Part shown: positions 39,213 to 51,792 of the stretch, in pieces | Layout of the letters: every line of letters starts with the position of its first letter | Position numbering within the stretch: position 1 is the stretch's first letter | Assembly (NCBI RefSeq): GCF_963853765.1 | Contig: NC_088859.1 | Span: 15,190,001-15,254,000, forward strand | Reading direction: 5' to 3' | DNA from: Magallana gigas | Taxonomy: Eukaryota | Length of the DNA: 64,000 bases | The notes under the pieces: model-generated | Database searches by the model: none | The model's input: only the letters and a program-made list of their open reading frames with translations | Told to the model about the DNA's origin: nothing | Translations under genes and position numbers: made by a program

Positions 39213-39361
39213 AATAAGGAATCATTCTTTGAGTATTATGAGGTGATAATTTTGGTCGGGGCGTGATCAAATCCAATAAAGCCCGAAGGGCTTTATGATA
39301 GATTTGATCACGCCCCAACCGAAATTATCACCTCATAATATTCAAAGAATGATTCCTTATT
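39213..39361. mobile_element. 149-bp palindromic hairpin with a central C-GAA-G triloop
   Basis: Arms of ~73 bp with few mismatches, centre aaagccc-gaa-gggcttt (loop 39285-39287). Confidence 0.8.
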
Positions 39362-39585
39362 AATTATATTTATATAAGTTTAAGCCATCGTACGATTAAA
39401 TATTTAAATATAGATAAGCACACCCCGCTGGCGCCTAAATTTGGCGTCATAATTTTGTATTATTATGGGTTATATAGTACAAAATCGATACGTAGTGTTA
39501 TCACAGGCAAAGACACTGGAAAATGTAAATATTCAGTTTTATTGTTCATTTTATTGAACATAGCAAACACTTTCAATTGCACAAA

Positions 39586-39588
<3 letters not shown>

Positions 39589-39656
<68 letters not shown>
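39589..39656. repeat. (TC)n microsatellite
   Basis: About 34 perfect TC units. Confidence 0.97.
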
Positions 39657-39659
<3 letters not shown>

Positions 39660-40752
39660 TGGAATAAGAACTTTTAGTCAAATTATGATGTTACCCCAAT
39701 AAATAATTCAACTGTGCACCATAAAGCCATAACGAACTTGGAGCTTTTATTGATATCTGCATTACCCAAGTGTTAAATCTCTCTACCTTCAGTCTTGGGT
39801 ATACAAGTCAAGGACGAGCTTTACAACTATGCATTCAGGACAGAAAATCAAGTTTGTTACGCAATTGATTTGAGTTATGCACACGATAGTTAAAAGTACG
39901 TCATTCTGTTTTCTTGTATATTTTCCCAGTAATTGCAGTATTCTTCCTTGCAAATCCTCGCAAATGATGCAGTGGGGTTTTTTTGTTACTAGTATCTGAT
40001 TGATATACAGGCTGAGGTTTTGTCACTTCGAGGATATTCCTGATAAAAATCAATGTGACCAGTTCACGCACAGTTTCGTCTGTCTCATTCTTTGATAAAA
40101 TTTTGAGGTTTGGTCTTGGCTAACGTTCCAAAAAACCCCATTGAATTATATATATTATGACCTAAGATACTTATTGCTGTCCCATTTTTACCTGCTACTA
40201 ATTAAAAACAGTCAATCAACAAATTCGGGGAAGGAGATTTTCGCGAGAAACCTGTGTTGATAAAATAGATTTCCCCAAAGACTGAGAAATGCGTGAGTTT
40301 AGATACCATGGGATTCAATGTTTAGACCTCTATATTTGGTAATGAAACCCATCGGTCAATATAGCAAAACGCACCGCATATTCTTCACCATTTCTCGTTT
40401 CCGTGGCTATCCGATCCTCATTCATCATGTTTTATTGAAAGATTGATATTTCACGCCGGACCCCCGCAAAATTGCGCGACCTTATCAAACGCGGGATTAT
40501 AGAGTTCGTTCCTTTTTGTTGAAGCTTAGCAAGGGTCGTATTGATAATCAAACTTTCATTAGGTTCCCTCTTTTACTTGACCGTGATGCTTTAATAGAGA
40601 TTCCATTGACAAGAATCAATAGGCCTTGCAACCTTGATGAATAATTTAGAATACGACTTTTTACATTCGTTCTCAAATATCTACGTACAAAGGTCGGGAG
40701 ACAATAGAAAACATACAGAAGTACAATTCGAACGAACTTCAATTTATGAGAT

Positions 40753-41227
40753 ACTATACTCTGTCCCGAGTTTTTGCTTCCACCACTTTTTGCTTGATAT
40801 TTCGATAATCTTTTAAAATACCTTTGTGCTCAAACTACCTTCATCCACTAATATGAAAAATGTCCAGATTATCTATTTTGAAGCTTCAGGTTTCAATACA
40901 CATCCAAAAATAAAAAGTATACGGGGATTTTGCATTGCATCAACCATTAATAAGCCCGGATGATAACGTTGAAAAATTTGCGCGAGGTATCCCGAGTACT
41001 TCTGAATGGAGAAAAGATGTAAACATTTCCCATTATAAATCTCCGTAAGATATTTGTTTTCGTTCCTGTGAACTTTTATGAGTAAAAAATGACAAATGTT
41101 CAATTATTCAATATCTTGGATATATTCCCTTTTATTGATTTCAACTGTATTTCTTTCACAGGTATGTGTATTTTTATTAAAAATCGTCAAAAAGTGATGG
41201 AAGCAATAACCTGGGACAGACTACAGT
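40753..41227. mobile_element. Second, more degenerate copy of the 19068-19540 TIR element
   Basis: Ends actatactctgtcccgag / ctgggacagactacagt. The interior aatggagaaaagatgtaaacatt...ttcacagg is shared. Confidence 0.8.
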
Positions 41228-42334
41228 CCTTAAACTGGTACATTTTAATTACTAGTACATGTAGTGGATTTTTTTTTTATTATTTGTTTCGAAAACGAAT
41301 TTTTATTTTTATAGAATAAATGAACATTTTAATTCCCTCGCGGCCTTTCATCGACAGAATACGTATTCAAACCGTAATAGCTGAGTATACTTAATGCAGG
41401 TTTCTTGGAGTACATATATGGCAAAAGTATGACATGAACAAGATAAGAGATTCGCCAAACTTGTGGCATATTTACTTGCGGATGATACGTTGTTATTCAA
41501 CACACTTAAATCCCTGTTTTATGAATATGAAATGTTAATATAAGCAATAAAATGATTTCGTTGTTAATTCTGAAGGATATAAACGGTTTCCATATAAGAG
41601 CATAAAACATGCCGAAATACTGAAGGGAATGCCGAAATACTGAAGGGAAAACATTACATAACTCGCTGACGCGACGCTGACTGTACATTTTCTCTGCAAT
41701 TCCTACATCCGTAAAATTCTTATTGACCAACATAGATACTATTTTATTGTTTAATTAACATGCAAAAAAAAAAATATAATCCCCACAACAAAGAAAACGG
41801 GCGTGTTCGAACTATGGGTTTAAAATTTTAAAGCTTAATTAGTTTAGTACGATAAACATTGTGCAACATCAATGTTCGCTCATCATGTTGCAGATTGAAC
41901 GCTCGGAAAGTTAGCGCCTGGGAATAACCATCGCATTTAGCAATTGCTGGTCTTAAGCACAATTGGCACCTGTCACTTAAAGCAAGAACTTTCTCTCCAG
42001 GACCCAGGAAATTCCATTTTCTATCAAAAGTCCATCGACCTTCTAAGTTTCAGCTTTGACAAACGAGAAAGGATAATGTTCTGAACAGACCTTGTATAGT
42101 TTTTTGTGTAAACTCCGACAACTGAAAACGTAATTTGATTTCTCTCTCTCGCTTCTGAGGGATGGAGATAATTAGGACTAACTAGAAAAACCTGCACTGG
42201 AGGAAAACAACAGACCTTTCCTATGTTAAAGATTAGGTATTGGTGGCGAATGTCAATTATAGTTCTCCAGTTTCAATTTATGGGAAGCGAGATGGAGAGA
42301 AGACAAAGCTCTGACAACAGAGAAAGTAGTGGTT

Positions 42335-42610
42335 TATATGAATCCCTTGATATAGCCTATAAAAAAAGGAAAAGAAAAAAACAAAACGGACTTAGACACG
42401 ATTTGTCTTAAAATTTTCAAATTTTATTTTTCCATTTTCTATGTTTATAATGATAAATATAACCGTTTATAATATATGAATCCCTTGATATAGCCTATAA
42501 AAAAAGGAAAAGAAAAAAACAAAACGGACTTAGACACGATTTGTCTTAAAATTTTCAAATTTTATTTTTCCATTTTCTATGTTTATAATGATAAATATAA
42601 CCGTTTATAA
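42335..42610. repeat. Perfect 138-bp tandem duplication
   Basis: 42335-42472 is repeated at 42473-42610 (tatatgaatcccttgat...ccgtttataa). Confidence 0.92.
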
Positions 42611-43038
42611 TGCTATGTCAAAATTTGAAAGTCAAATATCAAGTTATAAGCAAGATACAGAGTTCACAATTCTTTGTTTTGTAAACAGTCATTTTTTATA
42701 TGTGTATAGTATTGGTGTAAGTTTCAATCAAATGTATCTGATTTTTGTTGATAATAGTATTTATGAAGATACTGGATTACTAGTAGTTTAAATTGGTTTT
42801 TAGTACTTTGTACGTGTCATTTTGTCTAAGAAATGGTAATGCTTTACATTACATTTTTTGTAAACAACTATAAGACTCGAACTTTGTTTACATAACAATC
42901 AATTTTCGCCTCTGTATCTCGCTTGTAACTTGACTTTAACATTCAATACTTTGGTCAATCATTTAAAATGCACCAGCAAATCATATTATACATAAAAAAT
43001 AAAAATAATTTTTTATCACAAATCGTGTCCAAGTCCCT
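42524..43038. mobile_element. Degenerate Kolobok-like TIR element
   Basis: Left end acggacttagacacgatttgt versus right end acaaatcgtgtccaagtccct|ttaa. The TIR is related to the 7402-7875 family. Confidence 0.6.
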
Positions 43039-44435
43039 TTAATGTCAGTTAATTCTACTTTTTAAAAAAATTATAATTCAATTTGCTTATTCCTCTGTAT
43101 ATTTTTAATACTCTTTTTCCCCACCTGTACAACTTTTCCATCATTTATTTATTAATTGATTTATCTAATTTCATTGACATCATCGCCTCTGTATATTGTA
43201 CATATAAATTTTAGTTAATGGAACTAAGTTAAAAATTCTCTAATGACATCGTGGGATGAACTGAAGAGCGACGTTAACGCACATAATCTAATGTATTTTC
43301 CATAAAGTATTTCATACCGTTTTTAAAAAATACAGGGAAAGATGTATAATTTACGGGTAATATGAGAGACGTTCCATCCACAGAGGATTAGGCAAAAATG
43401 TCAAAGGGACAAAATTGTGGCAATCAGGCTTTCAAAATATTGATTCCCGAGTTAAGAACCATGTCTTTTGGTGAGTTTTTCTTCCTTCTTCCTCATCTAA
43501 TGACAAGGAGCATGATGTATAAATAAATGAAAGAATATAGTTTAAAGAAGAGAGACAGAGGAGAGAGGGAGAGAGACAGGAGAGAGAGACTGTTCTTTCT
43601 TTTGTACTCTTTATTTTCTGTTTCATTTAATTGTTTGTCTGTAAATATGTTTTATACAGGAACACAACGTAAATTACCATTTTTTCGATATAATTGTGCT
43701 ATCCTGTCTAAATAAAAATATTAATTATAGAAATTATCATACTTCAAAGAAAAAGGTATACGGCATACACGTGGTGAGTTAAAGTTCGCGCGCTTTTCCA
43801 TTTGATTCCGCTCATCCAGAATCAATAGTTGGACCAACTTGGAAAAAGCCACACGGTATTTCCCAGTACTAATCTCTCGGATGAACAGATGGTGAAAAGG
43901 ACAAAATGAATATAGACGTTTGGAATGTGCGGATTATTTCCATATTCATTTTCATTGGAATATCTCTTTCAAAACGGGTAAGTAATGGCGGGTAGTTGTC
44001 AGATAGATAATACTATAGATATTAAGAGTGCCTGATGTTGATAAGACAGGGTAAGTTTTTGCACTCTTTTTTAAATAATGGTAAACAGTACCTTATTGAT
44101 TTTTTTTCGAAACCAATCAAGTTTTTATGAAGTACTGTCCTTTCCAAGAAGTCATGTCGTATATTTTATTTGATAAAATGAAATATATCGGAAAGGGCAG
44201 TAGAGGTAAACATTGGTATCTCGAACTTTGAGGGAGGTCAACAAAACTTCGAGATATCCGGGGGTTCGAGATATCCGAAGTGCGTTTCCAATTTTATTTC
44301 CGTGATGTTCGTAAATCAACAGGTGTTGTAGTACCGGTATACATGTATACTGAACACTTCTACAACTCATAAACAACATAAGTGTACATGTTTTATATTC
44401 ACCATAGCTTGAAAATTACAGGTAAGGTTTCGTAA

Positions 44436-44822
44436 AGGGGCATGGTCACGATTTGGGTCAAATTCTATTTTTATGTTTTTATTATTTACGATGCTTAAGA
44501 AATGCATTTCTAATGATCAAATAAAATTTGAGAGTCATTTGTAGCGTTATAAGCAAGATACGGGGCTCTCAATTCTCTGTCATGTAAACAAGGCTCGTGC
44601 CCTGTTTTTGTTTACATAGGTTCAATATACCAGTAAAAAACCTTTTTCCAGCTTATTTATCTATCTTTTTTTTATTGTAAGCATAGATAAGCGGTTCCTA
44701 ACGTTTAACACATTCGTTTTAGGTTTAAAACTGGAATTTTTACTTCAACGTTCAAAATGTACACCAACGCTTTGTTTAAAACCGGAAAAATAATTTTTGA
44801 CCAAAATCGTGACCATGCCCCT
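44436..44822. mobile_element. Kolobok-like element, internally deleted copy
   Basis: Same 27-bp TIRs as 7402-7875 (one mismatch on the left) and a right TTAA. It is about 87 bp shorter near the right end. Confidence 0.85.
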
Positions 44823-47800
44823 TTAAAATAGTATTCCTTGTATTACGTTCCTTTGAGTATGGGTATGTTCAATGAAAATTCAAATAATGTGTATAATTAA
44901 AGTCTAGACGTCTTAATCTGTCACAAACTAGATTCTCTCTGGGACATACACCATTGAAAAAGCAATTGATTTACATTGTCTTAAAAACCCATCGAAGATT
45001 GTCAACCAGTCTTGTCTAACTTTTAAAGAAGGGCCGATGCATTCCTTTGAGAACGGTTACATGTACTTATGAAGCACAGTTGTCAATACAAAACAATTGT
45101 CAATTGACGAAATTGTAACCTATCGTCTGGATAGTCGTCACTTAATGTTATAAAGATGTATCTTTATAGGTACACGTAGGTGCTTCTTTTAATGTAAAAT
45201 ACTATTTAATTTTAAAGAAAGTGTTTGCAACGTCAATTTTCTGTAATCATAACGATATAACTTATGATATGTACGTCTAAATAATATTTGTGAATGAATC
45301 ACGGATAACAGCTAATCCTACAAAACCATTGAAAAGCGTGTGAACAAAAACAAGAATCCTTTAAAGAAATCATGCCAACCAAACTTACTCCCCCCCCCCC
45401 CCCCTCTCCAAAAAAAAAAAATCTTTTGTATTGATATTTGTAAATGGTTTCCAATCAAACCGTTATAAAAACTGAAACCAGAACTTTAAAATGAAATGCA
45501 TGCATACAATAATGGGGCTGATGTTCCATAAATCTATAAACCAATAATTTTGAAAAGTTTATGAATTACAAAGGAAATGGGCTTTTATCATCACTTGTGC
45601 TCTGGTATAATAGAAACACCCACTTAATAAATCAAATGAGAAACTGACCCATATCAGTTTTGTTTGTGGGAAACTATCAATAATATTTTACATTGTCTAT
45701 GAAGAGTAACATCGATGTTCCGTGCATGACAATACAGAAATTTCATTGCCTTTGTATTTGGTTCTCTCGGTTTCTCTTTTATTTCCAATTGATAAGACAG
45801 AAACGGCATCACAAGAAGAAAGGAGGTGTCAAGAGCAAATTAACTTCACATATCCTGATATTGCGTGACATGAAATTGATGAAGGAAATGCAGCGACCTT
45901 TTTTATGGATAGCGAAAAAACCTGGCGCCCTTCTTAAACTTGTGCGATGTTCTTTTCAGTATACAACTTTCAAACGTGGAAATGTTTGAGGAATAAGTGA
46001 TTGCGTATTCACAGAAACCAAGCTCTCGCGTGGGAGGATATTTTTGCGCTTAAATAAAAGAATTTAAAAGTACCGGTAGTTGATATTCCCAAAAGTAAAC
46101 AATTCCAAATATACAATTTACTATCTTTTAAATCGGAAAACTTTCTGAAATATCAAGTAAGTGTCTCGAAGTCTTAATATCTACAAAAAACCTGAAAAAT
46201 TTATGCATTATTAAAATGCAGAATTTTCTTAAAAGGATTGCATCTTTAAAAACCAAGCAATCTTCCTAGAATGGATAAGTGGTCCTCAAATGTAGTTCAC
46301 GGTCATGAAATATTCATAGTTCTATGATTGCGCAGTATCTGCACAACGCATTAAGATCACACAGATAAATTTCCATGAAAAAGGCACATACTTAAAGCAC
46401 TCTGTATCATTAATAATTAATGTGTAACCTTTTTTTAAGTTCTCGCACACATGCATTTTATAATCAATGGCGTATAGCTTTTGGTAGGTGCCATCAATGA
46501 TAGTCATGCATGAAGTATAACAAAACTTTCTTGTCACATTTTTTCGCAAACAGTTTAAAGTTATAACTTTTATATGTTCTATATGTTAAAAGAGCTAATG
46601 GGTTGTTGAAATTAACTTTTTATTTATGCGTAATTGATTAACAGACAATTGATTAACAGACATGTGGTTAAGATGGTATGTCGATTATGCAAAATTTTAA
46701 TGTTACAAGCATGTGAAAATTAAAAGGAACCAATGGTGCAACTAAAAAGTCACAAAAACTAGTACACCAACCAAATTTTGAAATAATAGAGAAGAAAAGA
46801 CAGAAAACCCCAACTTTTTATGGTTGTCAAGCTTCTGTCTTAGATCTGTCTTAGAAAGTTTATGGTTTCTACTTCGCACAACTAAGAAAGTATTGGCGTA
46901 CTTAAAGTACAAGTACTTTGTTCATGAATTAGAAGTTCGTGTGTATAGATTAACAAATGGTGAAGATTCCAGTATCACATAGAGAAAATTATGTACATTT
47001 ATGAAAAGTAAAAATACCACTACAACGCTAATCCAGTTATTATTACCAATGTTGTGAATTAAATAAAATAACATATACTGACTTTGGATTAATATCCTTA
47101 CAAACTATGAAACCATATTAACTAAATCCCGTGACCAAACCGCCACCGTCATTGGTAAACCCTGTCATTTCTAGATCGTGGTTAATAGGGCAATTACGGA
47201 CAATTACCCAAAAGTCTTTCCCTGCATGTGAATGCCAAAACTCCCTCGGAGCAAGAAGGGAAAATCTCCGGTGTTTCCAAACGGATGATATCGCATCTTG
47301 TGGAATCACAAATCGATCAAATGAATGTGATTAGATTAGTAGGAATATACCCACATCCAGTCGTAAACCTGACAGAGGCTAATAAACTTTCATTTGTTGG
47401 ACAGGGCCGCTAGTGACATCCAGACTCCGTCAAGTGCATTGCTGTTTAGTTGTTTACATTGTTTCTCGGAACTTCGTCTCCGAGGAGATGAGGGTCTCTT
47501 TAGTGAATACATTGCTTGTTCCAAATCCCGGAGGCATTTAAGTCGGTGGACAGCCGGTCAGTTTGTGAACAGCTGTATCCGACGTTTCAAACCAAACTGT
47601 GTTCCCGATCAAAACTCACGCATCACATTTATTTGCTCTAGTGTTGTGAAATTTCTTTGTTGGGGCTACAGTTTTGTATGAAATATAGAAATCCCCTCTA
47701 ATTATATCTCCATTCTCGTACAAAATATACGGTAAATTAGCGAAGTAATAGCTAGACGACAGTTATAGATGGTAACCATCTCAAAGGTCTCAATTTTAAA

Positions 47801-47959
47801 AAAAATCACTCATAAAATACCATGCTTTTACTTAAAACTATGATTTATAAAAAGGAGATCTTAACCTCATTCGTCAAGCAATCACTCAACTGCAATGGGG
47901 AAAAAGATAACAGATACTGCCAAGAGGAATAATAATATTCTTTGAACAATGATATTACA

Positions 47960-48310
47960 GAAATCTATTATGACCTCAATTTTTGGTCTTAGACCTAGGT
48001 TCAAGATTACTGCAAAGTCCATCACCGCAATACCCTGATTATAGGAAGCATGAGCAAGATGGGGCCAATGGAAGAGAAATACTCCAGGGAAGGAATTTCA
48101 TAAGACCTCTATCTACAATGACATTGACCTTTGACCTTTGACCAAGATACTTGTTCCAACCCAACGCATTTCAAGGGTGAAGTATGAGCCATATTTGTCC
48201 AAAGGAGAAGAAAACATGTCAAGATTTTTTAAAGTAGGTCTGACATGAACCCGAAATTTAACTTAAACTTATTTTAAGGTTCTTGCAAACCCTTGCCCAA
48301 AGATGGGTGT
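47960..48310. repeat. Degenerate satellite-like / Helitron-derived tandem repeat remnant
   Basis: Recurring tgacct(t)tgacc...gttc(a)aag-like units at ~47968, ~48118 and ~48240. Confidence 0.4.
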
Positions 48311-51069
48311 AAAAGTTTTGAACACAAGTCCACTCTGTATGACTCCATCCATTGAAAACAGATATAAGTAAAATATATTCATTAGTATTCAATATTCATC
48401 ATATTTGAAGGATAAAATTAAAAATGGAAATACTTCGAGAGAAAAAACCCGACGAAGCTATATCAACCAATTATTTCGCCTTATCAGACTCGTCATTCAA
48501 TCGCCAATTCTATAAATATTATATGATATATGTAGGTGCATTGTAATTTGTGAGATATGCTTGCAGTAACATTAATGCAGTACATTAAGTGTCTAATAAA
48601 TCATCTGAGTTCTTCTTTGCTATGGTGTAAGTATAGAATTATCAGAATTATCAGACAACTTATCAAACATCGGCTATAGAGCTTATATACCATATTTGGA
48701 ACCGCATCAGCTGAACCCTTCTGCGGCTTGTGTTGGAGAATTTACTGCAAACACAAATACCACAAGGAGACATATTTTACAACCACTGACCGACTTGTCT
48801 CATCTGTTTCTTCCCACCGTTCCTTTTTTGGTCTGGCCATAAAATACCATTATGTCACGAGAACCGTATTCAACTTTATCACGACAACCAAAAATAGGTG
48901 AAACAAAATATGGTTTACGATGCTTTGATGTTGGGGTTAAACAACTTAAAGGCAGAGAGAGAAAATGTGGTTAAACATTAAAATTATCAATTTTCAATTA
49001 CGCCAGTCTCAGAAATATTCAAACATTGATCAGAGTGTTTGGAGAAATATCTCTTTTTAAATGCAGTCGTATTGATCTCAAGGGCGCCTTGGTAAGAGGA
49101 GATTTCCAAGGTTTTCCGAAGCAAAGCAGATTAAAAAAAACAACCACGACATTCAACTTCCACTAAGCAGCAAATGACCACGATAAAGCATACAGCGTCT
49201 GAGCTCAAGGTCTGAGCTGCTGACTAATGAATCTGTTGTTATATTGTGTCCCTGTCATGTTAGGTATAGAGTATAAAATTCCTTGGTCGCTGCTACGAGT
49301 AACTAAAGAAATATGATGTCAGACTATCCTTAACATGTAAGATTTATATTTACTATTAATTCCTTGGTCTTTGTAATCGTAGAAAGGACCCAGAAAGTAT
49401 AAAAAGGCATGAACTTGGCGAGGTCAGACTAAGGAAAGATCTAGAGTCACTTTCAGAATCCGTTATTGCAATATTTTAAGTACCACGGTGGGATAAAATA
49501 TAGGTGCTTCGGTAACGGCTAGCTTTTCATCAGTATTTGAAACTGGAATTTATGAAAGAGCGAATATCGGATATTTAAAATTTTGTGGACATACAGCTAA
49601 TGGTTAAATTGTTCGCACATTGTTTGAGCTGAATTTATTTTGTTCATCACCATATTGGTTGAACAATAAATCATATTTGCTTTGGTAAATATGACTTTTG
49701 ATGATAAGAGAAAGAACTACTTGGATATACGTAATCTGCATATGCATCAATGTACAAGCGTGTTTGTCTCATTTTGAAACGAAAGAGATAATTCTGGAGT
49801 TTGTTAACGATAAACTGGTATTGTTTGCGTTTAGCAAAAAATAACTGACGCAAGTTAAAAAAAAGGTTTGCACATTTACCCCATGTTTTCAAATTTTCTG
49901 ACATGCAACTCCCACCTAAAAAAAACCCGGTTACTTTGTCCAAAATGCAAGACAAAAATGTTCATATCTTATACAACAAATAAAAATATTTGAATTTGAT
50001 TGTGTTAGCAATGGTTTATGTGTAATACTGCATCGGTTTAACTTAGTTTGTTTACAACGTTACAGCAATTGCCATTGTGATCCAATTTCACACAAAAAAA
50101 TGAAATGAAGTAAAAGGTATTTTGGCAAATGTAGTTACTAGACATTTTGAAACCTTGTTGCTTGTTTATGATAAGACTTACTCCAACATTAAAGACCTCA
50201 TGAGTATGCCCAGTTCGAGTCTCTTTCAGAAGCTGCTGCATAGAGTTGAATTATGATTTTTAAAAAGTTCTCCCCCACAATCAAGTAATTCATCTCAAAA
50301 TGCGAGCTTATTATGTCTCCTGACTTTTTTTAATGATTTTTTCTTTTTAAGTTTCTTCCCCTAAACTCAAGAAATTCTATAACAAGTTTGTCAATATGCG
50401 AGCTAACCATGTTGACATGAGTGTTATCCTTTAGACCCGATCAAATCCGTCTGCTAATGGATATTTATACGGTGTATGCAAAGAATCCCAATAAGTGTCT
50501 CATCTGCCTTGTAGCTCCTTGGCGGTTTTTCTTGATCAATTCAATAATGAATTTCTTCGTTTTAAACGGTAACCCAATGAAAAGAAAGCAAATGAAATAC
50601 TTTTGTGATTTCGAAAAAAAGAATTGAGCATGTTCGTTTTTCTCCTGCTAAATCTAAAGAAACCGAGTTTTAATGCAATTTCTATAAACTTAATAAAAAG
50701 TACATGTATAACGTTATATAGCTGTTACAAATCCCGCAATGTCTCTTCTAAAAGTTTGCTTGAAATACAATGCAATTTATGAAACACTGATTTTGCACGA
50801 ACAACAAATCTTACTGAATCAGATTAAAGGTATCAAAATGAAATATATTATATAAGTAAGTCTGATTTGCATTTTATAGACAAGTATGTATTCTACATTT
50901 GTCGATTGCTCCATTAGGAATAAATTGCTCTTAAAAGTGTTTATGCCATTCAACTCGTTTATAAATGTGAAAACGTTCATATCAAGTGAGCAATTTCAAC
51001 ATGCTTCAATATAACAGCGAGTGTCATCTTTGCATGCATTGGCATGGCGCTTTTCATATTCCAATACGT

Positions 51070-51277
51070 TACAGTATAGAAGGAAATATTCGCCCTTTTT
51101 TTCATTTTCGTCCCTTTTGCTATCGATGCCAGCTGGCAAATTTAAGACTAAGCGAAATCCAATTATATTTAAAGTGTTAATATTTCTATAATTATGGGTT
51201 AAAAGACGGGACGAAATCGTTTCCAAGTGTAGAAGGGCAAGGAAAAAACCACAGGGTGAAGATAACACTGTACACAG
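51070..51277. mobile_element. MITE family A copy (reverse orientation)
   Basis: Contains ccaagtgtagaaggg, the reverse complement of the shared cccttctacacttg, and ends gataacactgtacacagta. Confidence 0.7.
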
Positions 51278-51459
51278 TATGAATGAAAAAAAAATACATG
51301 TATATTTCTATGAAAATGGGCACTGAGATAGTGGCCTTTTGATGGAGAATATAGACTCTGGCAGGATATTGTATGCTAGTATCAGACTGCTGTGTTCACT
51401 TTGAACCAAAGTACTTGTCTATATATTTATATAAAATTTTCTTTTTATCTTTCATATAG

Positions 51460-51792
51460 TACAAGTATTGTGCAGAGGGATGCTGTCCACACGAATTCTG
51501 TGCGTTTCACAAAATCTGCTATCCCGTCATTCACTGCGAGCCTACGTGCCCTGACGGAAGTTGTCAAAATGGACTCTGCTTTCCCGCCAAACCATGCAAG
51601 GTGAACACAGAATGTGGATTCGCCGAGTCTTGCTCTTACAATTTCAATCTGGGATACGAAACTTGTCAGTACAATCTGAACATTGGGGACACCCTGTGTT
51701 ACGACAGGAACGGGAAGTCGGTGTACAATCCAAAGCCAGACGAGAGTCCGTTTGTTCACAACAGTTTTAACAACAGACGAGATAATTTATGA
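51460..51792 (+). CDS. Cysteine-rich (14 Cys) exon of an unidentified, probably secreted small protein; upstream exon(s) uncertain
   Basis: After a polypyrimidine tract and acceptor (ttcatatag, 51459), a 110-codon open frame reads YKYCAEGCCPHEFCAFHKICYPVIHCEPTCPDGSCQNGLCFPAKPCKVNTECGFAESCSYNFNLGYETCQYNLNIGDTLCYDRNGK...DNL*. GC content is higher than in the flanks. The ORF track shows only the last 63 aa. Confidence 0.7.
   Translation, partial: YKYCAEGCCPHEFCAFHKICYPVIHCEPTCPDGSCQNGLCFPAKPCKVNTECGFAESCSYNFNLGYETCQYNLNIGDTLCYDRNGKSVYNPKPDESPFVHNSFNNRRDNL

Noticed and set aside
39455-39681. ORFs with SLSLSL / ERERER tracts
   Set aside because: They are translation artefacts of the (TC)n microsatellite. 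The same applies to 23349-23639 and 43432-43715.
19189-41103. Two similar ORFs (19189-19449 and 40873-41103) suggesting a small paralogous gene family
   Set aside because: Both are interiors of the same ~475-bp TIR element. The shared peptide merely reflects repeat homology, and the frames diverge outside the core.
41609-41648. 20-bp direct repeat x2 (also 3066-3105) as CRISPR-like or functional arrays
   Set aside because: They have only two adjacent units with no spacers and are ordinary slippage duplications in a eukaryotic genome.
47118-47681. Protein-coding or pseudogene call for four short ORFs
   Set aside because: Manual translation of the minus frames showed frequent stops, and the plus-strand ORFs have no recognisable motif. 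The block is kept only as a candidate regulatory element.
48680-48900. Open frame ...IFGTASAEPFCGLCWRIYCK...
   Set aside because: There is no start codon, convincing splice partner or recognisable family, so evidence for a coding exon is insufficient.
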